64,000 nt of DNA from Nitrospirota bacterium. Lineage in GTDB: Bacteria > Nitrospirota > UBA9217. Each line of letters begins with the position of its first letter. Position 1 is the first letter of the stretch. The stretch covers positions 1,344,001 through 1,408,000 of the forward strand of contig CAVVUN010000015.1 in the NCBI GenBank assembly GCA_963751455.1, read 5' to 3'. Both the position numbers and the translations under genes were made by a program. The notes under the pieces are model-generated. The model had not been told where the DNA came from and searched no databases. It worked only from the letters and a program-made list of their open reading frames with translations. Below are positions 22,173-31,642 of the stretch, piece by piece.

Positions 22173-22545
22173 TACGAACGTCATCATCAGGTATCTGGTC
22201 GAAGACGATACCGCTCTATACGCAAAAGCGAAGGAATTCTTTGACAAAGTGAAACAGGGCAGCGTCAAAGCCGTGATCCTCGAAAGCGTCATTGCCGAAT
22301 GCGTTTATGTTCTCACGAAGATCTATAAAGTTCCCCGTGATCGGGCCGCATCGAGTCTCATTGATGTCCTTCGCTATAAGGGGATTGCCAATGGCGACCA
22401 GCAGGAACTAATCCGTGCGCTGTCAATGTTCTCGGACCAGGGCCTCGATATCGTTGATTGCATCTTATGCTCCAAAGCATCAGCCACCCAAGGCCAGCTC
22501 TTTTCTTTCGATGCAGATCTGAACAAAACCATGCGACGTACGTAA
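22144..22545 (+). CDS. PIN-domain (VapC-like) toxin
   Basis: DTNVIIRYL, E..YVL, DIVD, FSFD; overlaps the antitoxin. Confidence 0.9.
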   Translation: MKKPARSLPDTNVIIRYLVEDDTALYAKAKEFFDKVKQGSVKAVILESVIAECVYVLTKIYKVPRDRAASSLIDVLRYKGIANGDQQELIRALSMFSDQGLDIVDCILCSKASATQGQLFSFDADLNKTMRRT

Positions 22546-22649
22546 CAATTGAGAATTACAGCCTGCTCCATTCTCCAAGATTATAACCCCTGTTCTCCTA
22601 GACTGCTGTAATGCTGTCATCCTGAGCGAAGTGAAGGATCTAAAATCTT

Positions 22650-24038
22650 GGTAGCGTTGTCAAGTGGAGACCTGACAAAAGCCCCCCATTTTACGCGCAT
22701 TATGCATCAAATCCGTTATAGTAATAAGCCAGCCGGACTTTCATGACATTCAGCGCTCCGGCCTCGGTCCACTTGCTCACGTTTACCCGCATATTGACCG
22801 TGCGCATGAGTCGCTCCACCTTGCTCGTGGTCTTACCGTCTAATCTCTTCTTGATCGCCGTAAACATATCCGGGCGGGCATTTTCAAGATAAGCGGCTGT
22901 GTGAGTATATTCTCTCTCAGCGCACCGCTTTATCAGTTCATCCAGCCGGGCCTTCTTCGAAGCGATCATCGCGGCTATCGTCTGCTTGTCGTCTACAAAC
23001 GGCCGTATCGCGCAGATTTCCATCAGCTCCACGATCACATACAACCAGTCCTCGCTCTTACGCTTCACTTTGTCCTGCCACAACACATACTTCGCTTGAT
23101 AGGGAATATGCCACAAGCAGCGCTGAACAATTATCTTCACCTTCCCCTTAAGAGCATCCAGGATGGAGGTGTCGCCGTCGGTGATTAAGGAAAACGGACG
23201 GGTGAAGCTCCCCAGAGCCTTGAGACTCTTCTTGAAAAGGTTGTCCCAGGACCCGTTATAATTCCCGATATCAAGGCCCGCCACCCGCACGCCGCCACCC
23301 TTCTTGTACTGTATGAACGCCTTCAATTCCTTCCCGCGCTTCTTGATTCCCTTGATGCCGATCCCGGTCCCGTCAGCCTCGCCCTGGGGAAGCTCCTTTT
23401 CATCAACCTTGAACTCTATTTCCGACCCCGTCTTTTGGACAGCGCTCCAGACCGTCATCTTGTCCACGGCCCAGCCGAACATCTTGCCGATCTTCTCCGC
23501 CACACGAAAGGTTGTCAAGGAACCCAGAAGCCCAAGCTTTCGATAAATTTCTGCCGCTATTCGCTTTTTCGGCTTCATTCCGAGCAGCTTTCGGGTGATG
23601 TAGAGCTTACTCCCACAGCGTTTGCAAACAACCTGGAGCTGCTGTAACCAGACCCATTGGTAAAAGGCATGAATCTTAGTCTTTTTCCCGTGCCGCGTCT
23701 TCCATGTGAATTCCCGATCATTGCCGCACCCGCAGGCAAAAGGCTTTTTCTTAAGAGCCATCACATGCTCGCCAAAGCCTACAAGCACTTTCTGAATGAA
23801 GTCCGTCAAAATCTGCGGCAAAAGCTCGGCAAAGGCGGCGAGTATTGATGAAAGAGAGCTGTCCTTCAAATGCACTTCAAATTGACAATCAAAACTGATG
23901 GTGATACCTTTCCTTTGTGGGGTAACACCCATATTGCCCTCCTGTTTTATGGTTAGTTTCGTCCAAAACTATTATCCATAAAATGGAGGGCAATTTGTTG
24001 TTACTTCATGTCCAAAGTCTCTCCTTTTCTACACTACC
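22650..24038 (-). mobile_element. Insertion sequence, ISH6-like
   Basis: Imperfect IRs ggtagcgttgtcaagtggagac / ggtagtgtagaaaaggagagac; 8-bp target duplication aaaatctt at 22642-22649 and 24039-24046. Confidence 0.85.
22700..23932 (-). CDS. DDE transposase (ISH6-like)
   Basis: EADGT, ITDGD, QRCLWH, VERLMRTVN; fills the IS. Confidence 0.85.
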   Translation of the reverse strand: MGVTPQRKGITISFDCQFEVHLKDSSLSSILAAFAELLPQILTDFIQKVLVGFGEHVMALKKKPFACGCGNDREFTWKTRHGKKTKIHAFYQWVWLQQLQVVCKRCGSKLYITRKLLGMKPKKRIAAEIYRKLGLLGSLTTFRVAEKIGKMFGWAVDKMTVWSAVQKTGSEIEFKVDEKELPQGEADGTGIGIKGIKKRGKELKAFIQYKKGGGVRVAGLDIGNYNGSWDNLFKKSLKALGSFTRPFSLITDGDTSILDALKGKVKIIVQRCLWHIPYQAKYVLWQDKVKRKSEDWLYVIVELMEICAIRPFVDDKQTIAAMIASKKARLDELIKRCAEREYTHTAAYLENARPDMFTAIKKRLDGKTTSKVERLMRTVNMRVNVSKWTEAGALNVMKVRLAYYYNGFDA

Positions 24039-24118
24039 AAAATCTTTGGAAATGCGAGATTATTTCATGTGCTCAGAATGACATTTCGCCGGCTAATCGT
24101 AATATTTCAATAGCCCGG

Positions 24119-24160
24119 TACGCCCTTGAACAAGGCTCCCAGGCGTATATACTCCGCTGA
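24119..24160 (+). repeat. Diverged copy of the last 42 nt of gene 19900-20415
   Basis: 38/42 identity to 20374-20415; reads YALEQGSQAYILR*. Confidence 0.85.
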
Positions 24161-24536
24161 TCCGCACCCATTTCCTCAACCCGTTTACACCCGCGTTTAT
24201 GAGGTCCTTGATTCCCGTCGCGCGTTGCTCAGTGCGATGGTCGACAGAGGGTCTAAGCCTTACTCAGCGAGATGGTACGACAATGAGTCTAAGCAGTGTG
24301 GCGCGAGCCTGTACTCGATGCCTTCGAGTGCTCAGCGCGAGAATAGAGTATGCAGAGTGCATTCCGCAATTCGCAATTGAATGTCCCTAAAACCACATAC
24401 CCTTAAAATACCCTTATTTTGTCCTTTATATTCAAATCAAATGTAACTATAATTTGCCACGATTGCGGTTTTTCGATAAGAATCTGTTGTGCGAATCAAC
24501 AAGTCAATAACCCAGACAGAATCCACGGAGGATTAT

Positions 24537-24761
24537 ATGCTTTACAAGGAACTTCTGAACAGTTTGGTCGGCAAAAAAGGCATATTGTATTCAAGAAACG
24601 AAGGAACAAGCATATTCATATTTCATGTTTCAGACTCACCGCGAGATGATGATCAGATAACTGAAGTGCATGATGATTATGTTGTTATTGCAAAAAAAAT
24701 GGCTTCAAGCGTTCTAAAAAATGTCATACCGATGTCTTTGTTCATTGTTGAATATTATTAA
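24537..24761 (+). CDS. Small hypothetical protein
   Basis: RBS ggagg, 74 aa, AT-rich. Confidence 0.6.
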   Translation: MLYKELLNSLVGKKGILYSRNEGTSIFIFHVSDSPRDDDQITEVHDDYVVIAKKMASSVLKNVIPMSLFIVEYY

Positions 24762-24896
24762 TTTCTTCATCTTCAGTAAAGGGACATATTACGTTAATGT
24801 AACAATCCGTAAAATACCAGAGAACTTGTAGTCCGATATGAATTAACGGAGCAAAAAAACCATCCGTCCAATTAATCGGAGGCACAAGGTGCACTT

Positions 24897-26594
24897 ATGA
24901 GAAAAAGTAACGCAACATACCTGGCTGTTGCACTGCTCATCCTCATAGCGTTTGTCCTGATCGTCCGCCTCTGGGCAAGCGGACGGGCCGCGGCCGTTGT
25001 CGGGCCGACGCAAATACGGCTTGGGGAAAACGGCATTATTTATCTGCTGAGCGACAGAAAGCTCTATCTGCATGACAAAGACGGAGATCTCGTTGATATA
25101 ATACCGATTGCAAAATTCGGGATCAGCGGTCTCGTCATCGGGGATTTCTGGGTCTACAAAAACGGAGATATTCTCCTGCGGCGGCAGGTTGACCGGGCGC
25201 TGACGGTTTCAGGAGAAGCTGAAATGTTTGCAAGGACCGGGGCGGGCGTAAATGACAGACTCGGCACCGGTGAAAGCATCCTGCAGCGCTGCAGTACGAC
25301 AACGTTTGCGTGCGAAACATTCGGCAAGGGCCGCGACGTCTTCGACAGGATCACGACGTACCGTCTCGCCGTGGACGAGGAAAAAGGATTGACCTATCTG
25401 TCCGACACCATCGGCCATGAGTTGCTGATGCTTGACGATCACGGCATTGTAGCTGCAAAGTCCGGCGCTTCCTTTCAATTCCCGAACCAGATACTCCTGG
25501 AAGAGGGCGGCCTCCTCTATGTCGCGGACACCAACAACCACAGGATAGCAGCGGTAAAGACGAATAGAAATGCGTTCGGCGCGCTCGAGAGAGAGTTCAA
25601 GATAGTGCATCCCCGGATTCCTGGCAAGATGACGTGGCCCATGGCAATTGCCCATACGCCTGACAGGAAATGGTGGGTCATTAATGCAGATGACAATATG
25701 GGAGACGGGATCGTGATGATCCACAACGAGAAGGGAAGCTTCGAGAAAATCGTTTCCCTGCCGCCAAACGCGGACCCGCTCTGTCTTGCTGTTGTCGGCG
25801 ACCGTATTTTGCTTACGGACCGGACGCTCATGAGAGTCTACCAGGCGGACCTGAACGGCCAGTTACTCGATGATTTCGGTTCCCTGCTTTTAAAGCTCGA
25901 TTTATCCGAGCTTCGAAGAAAGCAGCGGCTCTACGATTCGCTGGCGCAAATTTCTATGTGGCTGCTGCTCGTTCTTCTGGTGTCCTCATTTTTCGTGGCG
26001 CGACAGGCGCGGCTTGAGCAGGCTACGCAGCCACAGAGACAGCCGGATCAGCGGCTGGCAGCGGGTGCATTGTCCAGCGGGGCACTACTCAACAAACAAT
26101 ATGACTATCACAGCATCCTTGGACTGCATAGAATACAATTCGTTGTTCTCACGATTATGCTGCTCACTGCGTTTGCATTCTTCATCATGATCAGCAGGGG
26201 TATGACTGTTGTCCATAAACAATTCATGCCTCTTGTATTAGTTGCGCACGTCGGGTCCTCGCTCGCAACGTATTATAAATTAAAACACTCCTCCGTAGAA
26301 TTAACCGAACAGGGCATCACCTGTAATGGATGGAAGAAAAAAATCACTTCGCCCTGGATGGCTGTAAAAAAAATCAATGTGTATGGCAGGAACGTGAAAA
26401 TAACGACTGATTACGGCAATTTTTCGATAGGCATGGTTGAGCCTGCGGATAGTCCAGCGCGGGGCTGGCTGGACCTGCTCAAACCAGAGCGTGCGAAGTT
26501 TCTGAAACAGCTGGTCAATGAGATCCAGAAACGGGCACCCGGCGCAAAGGTAACCATTTCACTATTAGTGAGGCGGCAGTGGAATCGGCTTTAA
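24897..26594 (+). CDS. NHL-repeat membrane protein
   Basis: FPNQI..LYVADTNNHRI repeats; N-terminal anchor and C-terminal TM helices. Confidence 0.8.
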   Translation: MRKSNATYLAVALLILIAFVLIVRLWASGRAAAVVGPTQIRLGENGIIYLLSDRKLYLHDKDGDLVDIIPIAKFGISGLVIGDFWVYKNGDILLRRQVDRALTVSGEAEMFARTGAGVNDRLGTGESILQRCSTTTFACETFGKGRDVFDRITTYRLAVDEEKGLTYLSDTIGHELLMLDDHGIVAAKSGASFQFPNQILLEEGGLLYVADTNNHRIAAVKTNRNAFGALEREFKIVHPRIPGKMTWPMAIAHTPDRKWWVINADDNMGDGIVMIHNEKGSFEKIVSLPPNADPLCLAVVGDRILLTDRTLMRVYQADLNGQLLDDFGSLLLKLDLSELRRKQRLYDSLAQISMWLLLVLLVSSFFVARQARLEQATQPQRQPDQRLAAGALSSGALLNKQYDYHSILGLHRIQFVVLTIMLLTAFAFFIMISRGMTVVHKQFMPLVLVAHVGSSLATYYKLKHSSVELTEQGITCNGWKKKITSPWMAVKKINVYGRNVKITTDYGNFSIGMVEPADSPARGWLDLLKPERAKFLKQLVNEIQKRAPGAKVTISLLVRRQWNRL

Positions 26595-26789
26595 GTTACG
26601 ACTTTGCATCCGTGTACTAATCAACTACAACTATAATCCCAGCATCTCTATTTCCGAAGGGCTTTCTCCGCGTTGTATACCCGATTCCTGCCTCATCGCT
26701 GATATCATATCCTGGGTTAAGTTTATCCACTTTAGTTCGCTTGCCCTCAAATTATAAATTTAATACCCCGAAAATACCCCTTTTTTTGA

Positions 26790-26825
26790 ATTGACGAGAA
26801 ATCTTAGTCATGCTACAAAAGTATC
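26790..26825 (+). promoter_or_regulatory. Sigma70-like promoter conserved upstream of carrier genes
   Basis: attgacga...atgctacaaaagtat recurs at ~44374-44408. Confidence 0.55.
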
Positions 26826-27029
26826 ATTCATAAAGTAAACCTTCCTCAAGTTACCCGCTGGTCCAGCGAATCCCAGCATGCAGATCTGGCCAGTTCGAAG
26901 CTACGATTGCGAATTAGCCAATACAGATCCTTCTTCGCATTTTTGCGTGGAATGTACTTTTTTAACGGCGTGAAACGCATTAAGTCTCAATCGACCAATT
27001 GTAATAAAACTGAATACATGGAGTGTGCC

Positions 27030-30000
27030 ATGCGTGTAAAGACCTTCTTTCGTTTTTTAAGAATCGTCTCGGCAGTGGTATTATTTTTCTTCGTTTGGAC
27101 TTTCAGCGAAATCTGGCAAGCAGTGGCTTGGGCGGCTGCGCCGGCGCAGGTTAAGACGACGCAGGCCCGGAGCGAAAAGCCGAAACCGGCATCCGCTGCG
27201 GAGCAATTCGAGGCAGCGCTTGAGGGGCTGATGGAACGAATCGGCAAAACCGGCGAAAAGGCCGCGCGCAATGAAGACATCACCGAAGATCTCGGACAGC
27301 TCAAAACCGTTAAAGCCGCTATCGAAGCGCTCGATGGGGAATTGAGAAAAGAATTTTCAAACACGGAAAAGCGCCTCATTGATTCAAAGCTCCCAAAAGA
27401 AATACTCGCCAGACATGCTGCATTCGTGAAAAATTGTGAGAACAATCTTTCCCAGCTTAAAACCGAAATAGATGACCTCGACAAGGCAAAGACTAAGGCA
27501 GACCGCAAGTCGAAGATCGAAAAGGTTCGTCTGCACCTCGAAAAAACCAAAGCCCCGTCGCGTCATCAAAAACTCGACCCCGAAAATTTACCGTTCAGGG
27601 CAAGGAAGGCCGCAAAAGCCCGCGAACCGCGACTTAAAAAGGAAGACTTCAAAGAGTTCGGGCCGCAGAAGCGCACGAATTTGGCCGCAGATGAACACAG
27701 ATTGACACAGATTGCTTCGGGGATGCAAGATGCAGGATTTAGGATGCATGATAAAAATATTTCATATAGATCCGTTCAAAAGCCTCTCCTCCTCGCCTAT
27801 AACGCAGAGACCGCCACCGACGCTCCTCTGTCTTTTTATCAAAAACCCGAAACTCGAAACGCTGAACTCGAACCGTTTTCTACTATCGCTTTCTCCGAAC
27901 CAATTTTGAATATTGAATCCGGCACTTTGAATTTGGCGCAAGCCGTAGGCGCGCCAACTGCAGACGATCTCGCGCAAACGCCTGATGTTCAGTTTACTTC
28001 TGAAATCCGTGCGAAGGCTCAGGAACTCGGATACAATCCGGTCAAAATCTACGAGTATGTCAGGAACAACATTGAATATGCCCCTCTATACGGGTCCATC
28101 CAGGGAGCAGACCAGTGCCTTCAGTCGAAGATTTGCAATGATTTCGATACGGCGTCCATTCTAATCGCCCTTCTTCGAGTATCGGGCATATCAGCGAGAT
28201 ATGTATATGGAACAGTCGATATCCCTATGGAACAGGCAATGAACTGGGTTGGCGGCGTGACCGACCCCAAGATGGTCGGAACGATCCTCGCTACAAATGG
28301 GGTTCCCGTCACGCTCCTTAAGACCAGCTCTGGTGTCTACAAATACGTGAGGATGGAGCGTGTCCTCGTCAGCGCATTCATCGACTATATCCCAAGCCGC
28401 GGGGCGGTCCACAAACAGGGTGATACATGGATTCCGCTCGATCCGAGCTTCAAACAATACGACTTCAAACATGGTATGGATTTGTATACCGCAATGGGGA
28501 TTAATGGCGAGCAATATCTTCAGAGTTACATTACGGACACATCGTCTCTTACAATCCCAACAGAATTACAAGCATCATTTCCAGCATATACCATAAGCCC
28601 GTATCAATATTACAGCAAAAGGCTGTTCAATTACCTCGACACTAATTTTCCTTCCGCAACTTATCAGGACGTATTTGGTGCAGACACGATTGAGGCTTCA
28701 AGAGCAATAATCAAGAAAGAATATCCGTATCTTATGGGTACTCTGCCCTACAGCGTAGTTACGCAAGGCGCATCATTCGCATTCATCCCGGACAGTCTTA
28801 GACACAAAGTAAATTTCCTGATTGGAGACACGACCTTATCTGACGCAAGCTTAACCTACACGGCAAGCTTGCCCGAAATCGCCGGTAAAAGAATAACCCT
28901 CTCATCTGTTCCTGCGACGGCATCAGATGAGTCACTCGTGAACCAGTATGGTACAATGCTGAACGTTCCGCCATATCTTCTCTCTGTGAAAATGGCGTTG
29001 AAAATCAATGGGATTGCCGTGGCGACTGGTAGCCCTGCTGGTCTCGGCAAGGTGCAGACATTTAACATGAGTTTCACCATCCCCAACATAGGAACGGAAA
29101 TCGTTATAAACACGGTAACTGCGGGAGATTACTCAGCAATTCCAATTATCTCCTGCAACGTTCCCTTTACTTTGGTAGGGGATAAAATGGAAACTCTTAT
29201 CAACAACATCGGAAGCTCTGATCTCGATGATCTGTTAGGCCAGATGCTTTACAACGTCGGAGTATCGTACTTCCATCATCTTAATTTTGAGGAAGAGCTG
29301 TATGCCAAGAACTTCAAGATGATCATAACCAAGGGTCTCTCAGAGGCTATCGTAACCTCTCACGCTGAAACCGATTCGCTTTGGGGTGTGCCATATAAAA
29401 TCTCAGAAGGCGGAATAGGGATCGATGTAGGCAAGAATGAATACTTCCCCTTCCCTTACGACGGCAGCAGCAATCGGGCACGCGATTTCATGATAGTATC
29501 AGGCCTCGGCAGCTCAGCATGGGAAGATAGAGTGCTTCAAGCTTTCTATGATGTACCGTCCGTCTCGGCAGCACGACTTCTCAGATATGCCAGTCAGCAA
29601 GGCGTGCTGATTTACACAATTGATGGAACTAACATTAGCGATATTCTGCCGCAACTTCTGGTTTCTTCACAAGTACTAGACGATATTAAAAATGCTGTGA
29701 ATGCCAGCAAAAAAGTAATCATCTCGAAAACCGGTGTCCAATATGAGGGGATGGACAGTATAGGCTATATTGTGCTCGATCCGGGAACAGGAGCGGCTGG
29801 TTATATGATTAGCGGTGGGCTCGCAGGGGGCATGAGCAGCCAGCCAGATGATATGTCGGTAAGAGATATTACTCAATATTTGCGTGATGGATCAGCACTC
29901 AGAACAATTTATGGAAGATCGATGGTTGTTATGTATGCTTTAGCACAATTAGGCACTCCGTATCGTACCGGGTTTGAAGACCCCGGTCCCATGGGTGGGG

Positions 30001-30380
30001 CAGATCCAGACAAGGGGTTTGATTGCTCGGGGCTCATATATTATTTATTCACGACTGTTTACAATAAACATATTTTTGGACCTGAGAGATTATGGACAGT
30101 AGACCGTCAACATAGATATTTATTGGAAAAGAAAATGACTCATCTTTATGAGGAAAAACTCGACGGCGATATACTGTGGAGCGATAACTACGGCCATACT
30201 GGAATATATTATGGCATTCATGCACTTCTGCCAGGGGAAACTCTTGTTACAGACTCTGTAATTCACGCAAATCGCGGCAAATGGTTTAGCGCGGTTATTA
30301 TTACATCTACAAATAACGCAGCCTTTACGGGTGCGCCAAGTGGCAGTCGTATGCCTGATATAGGAAGACCAGTTCCTTAA
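27030..30380 (+). CDS. Transglutaminase-like carrier 1 with C-terminal NlpC/P60-like domain (candidate polymorphic toxin)
   Basis: Signal peptide; ALLRVSGISARYVYG, WIPLDPS; junction GAAGYMISGGLAGG; C-terminal LGTPY, GFDCSGL, GDIL, GHTGIY, VIHA. Confidence 0.8.
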   Translation: MRVKTFFRFLRIVSAVVLFFFVWTFSEIWQAVAWAAAPAQVKTTQARSEKPKPASAAEQFEAALEGLMERIGKTGEKAARNEDITEDLGQLKTVKAAIEALDGELRKEFSNTEKRLIDSKLPKEILARHAAFVKNCENNLSQLKTEIDDLDKAKTKADRKSKIEKVRLHLEKTKAPSRHQKLDPENLPFRARKAAKAREPRLKKEDFKEFGPQKRTNLAADEHRLTQIASGMQDAGFRMHDKNISYRSVQKPLLLAYNAETATDAPLSFYQKPETRNAELEPFSTIAFSEPILNIESGTLNLAQAVGAPTADDLAQTPDVQFTSEIRAKAQELGYNPVKIYEYVRNNIEYAPLYGSIQGADQCLQSKICNDFDTASILIALLRVSGISARYVYGTVDIPMEQAMNWVGGVTDPKMVGTILATNGVPVTLLKTSSGVYKYVRMERVLVSAFIDYIPSRGAVHKQGDTWIPLDPSFKQYDFKHGMDLYTAMGINGEQYLQSYITDTSSLTIPTELQASFPAYTISPYQYYSKRLFNYLDTNFPSATYQDVFGADTIEASRAIIKKEYPYLMGTLPYSVVTQGASFAFIPDSLRHKVNFLIGDTTLSDASLTYTASLPEIAGKRITLSSVPATASDESLVNQYGTMLNVPPYLLSVKMALKINGIAVATGSPAGLGKVQTFNMSFTIPNIGTEIVINTVTAGDYSAIPIISCNVPFTLVGDKMETLINNIGSSDLDDLLGQMLYNVGVSYFHHLNFEEELYAKNFKMIITKGLSEAIVTSHAETDSLWGVPYKISEGGIGIDVGKNEYFPFPYDGSSNRARDFMIVSGLGSSAWEDRVLQAFYDVPSVSAARLLRYASQQGVLIYTIDGTNISDILPQLLVSSQVLDDIKNAVNASKKVIISKTGVQYEGMDSIGYIVLDPGTGAAGYMISGGLAGGMSSQPDDMSVRDITQYLRDGSALRTIYGRSMVVMYALAQLGTPYRTGFEDPGPMGGADPDKGFDCSGLIYYLFTTVYNKHIFGPERLWTVDRQHRYLLEKKMTHLYEEKLDGDILWSDNYGHTGIYYGIHALLPGETLVTDSVIHANRGKWFSAVIITSTNNAAFTGAPSGSRMPDIGRPVP

Positions 30381-30397
30381 TCAAAGGAGAAATTATT

Positions 30398-31384
30398 ATG
30401 GTTATCAGAATTATTATTAGCGTGCTGCTAATGTTGGCATGCGCAACATCTTCAAGGGCAGAAGAGTTTTCCGTCAGAAAGGTCATACTATCTCGATTTA
30501 AAGTAAAAAACGACGTGATAGTAGATTTGCCAAAGATGTCACCCTATTGGCCTGAGGTAAATAGAGGTATTCTCGCCATAGATAATCAGGGGCGGATATA
30601 TATTTTGAATTTATGGAATAATGAAATTCTCGTTTTTAACGATCAGGGGAAGTTGCGAGATAAAATTAGTTTGCCAATGAGATTGTATAGATTTGAACAT
30701 ATGAATGGAGAAATAGAAGTCTCTGGTGATGGTAAACGATTATTTGTGGAAGGATATGACCAATCCAATAAAATGAATCAAATTCTTTTAGATCAAAATG
30801 GCAAAATTGTTAGGCAATTTATTAGTGATAATGAAATCATTTGGAACTTTCCTGATGCTCGCCTTTGTAATAAGCCTTATTATCTCTTCAAAAAAGGTGG
30901 TCTTCTTTATGATGAGAATTTTTATAAATTAAGCGGTCAGTATCAAGGATTTGTCGACTCAGAAGGAAAATATACATTTGATTTCGAGAAACGGCTGCTG
31001 ATTAAGCTTCGACAGGATGGTGGGAGAATATGGGAGAAACAGTTTAACACTAATATTGAAATCGTCGGTCTTGATGCAAACAGTTTCCTTTATATTGTTA
31101 CACGTCTAAAAAATGACGATCCTGATTATTTATATAAACTCAATTCAAAGGGTAAAATTCTGGCAAAGGTTCCCATTCCTAAACCATTTCCCCTTCTGAC
31201 ACAAGAAGAAAAGGAAGACTTTTATGCGCTGATATCTGAGGAGCCGTTTGCCTCTTTCAAGCTTACTTGCAATGGCGACGTATATTTGATATTTCGTCTT
31301 AACAAATTGCCTGAGCCTGCATTCAAACGTTGGCTAAAGGGCGGAGAATATTTTATTTATAAATTCGAGACACTTGGTAAATAG
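30398..31384 (+). CDS. Secreted beta-propeller-like protein (candidate immunity 1)
   Basis: Signal peptide; LAIDNQGRIYI NHL-like repeat; AT-rich; 17 nt after carrier 1. Confidence 0.65.
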   Translation: MVIRIIISVLLMLACATSSRAEEFSVRKVILSRFKVKNDVIVDLPKMSPYWPEVNRGILAIDNQGRIYILNLWNNEILVFNDQGKLRDKISLPMRLYRFEHMNGEIEVSGDGKRLFVEGYDQSNKMNQILLDQNGKIVRQFISDNEIIWNFPDARLCNKPYYLFKKGGLLYDENFYKLSGQYQGFVDSEGKYTFDFEKRLLIKLRQDGGRIWEKQFNTNIEIVGLDANSFLYIVTRLKNDDPDYLYKLNSKGKILAKVPIPKPFPLLTQEEKEDFYALISEEPFASFKLTCNGDVYLIFRLNKLPEPAFKRWLKGGEYFIYKFETLGK

Positions 31385-31642
31385 TAAAGGATATGGTTTT
31401 TTATGGCTATGGTGCTACCTGTACCTTAATTTGTTTCATTATGGCATTAATCTTAAGGAAAATTAACATCAAAGGAAAAACGACAACCATTAATCTTCGA
31501 TTCACAAGATAACGTTTAATACTTGGTGCGGCAAACAGAGCTAGGGATCATACGTGCTGACTAAGCGATTGAGGCGTGGTATCAATGCAAAATCTTACAA
31601 GTTTCGGCATGTAGTGCTCACTGTCTGAGACCCGGAGGAGCT

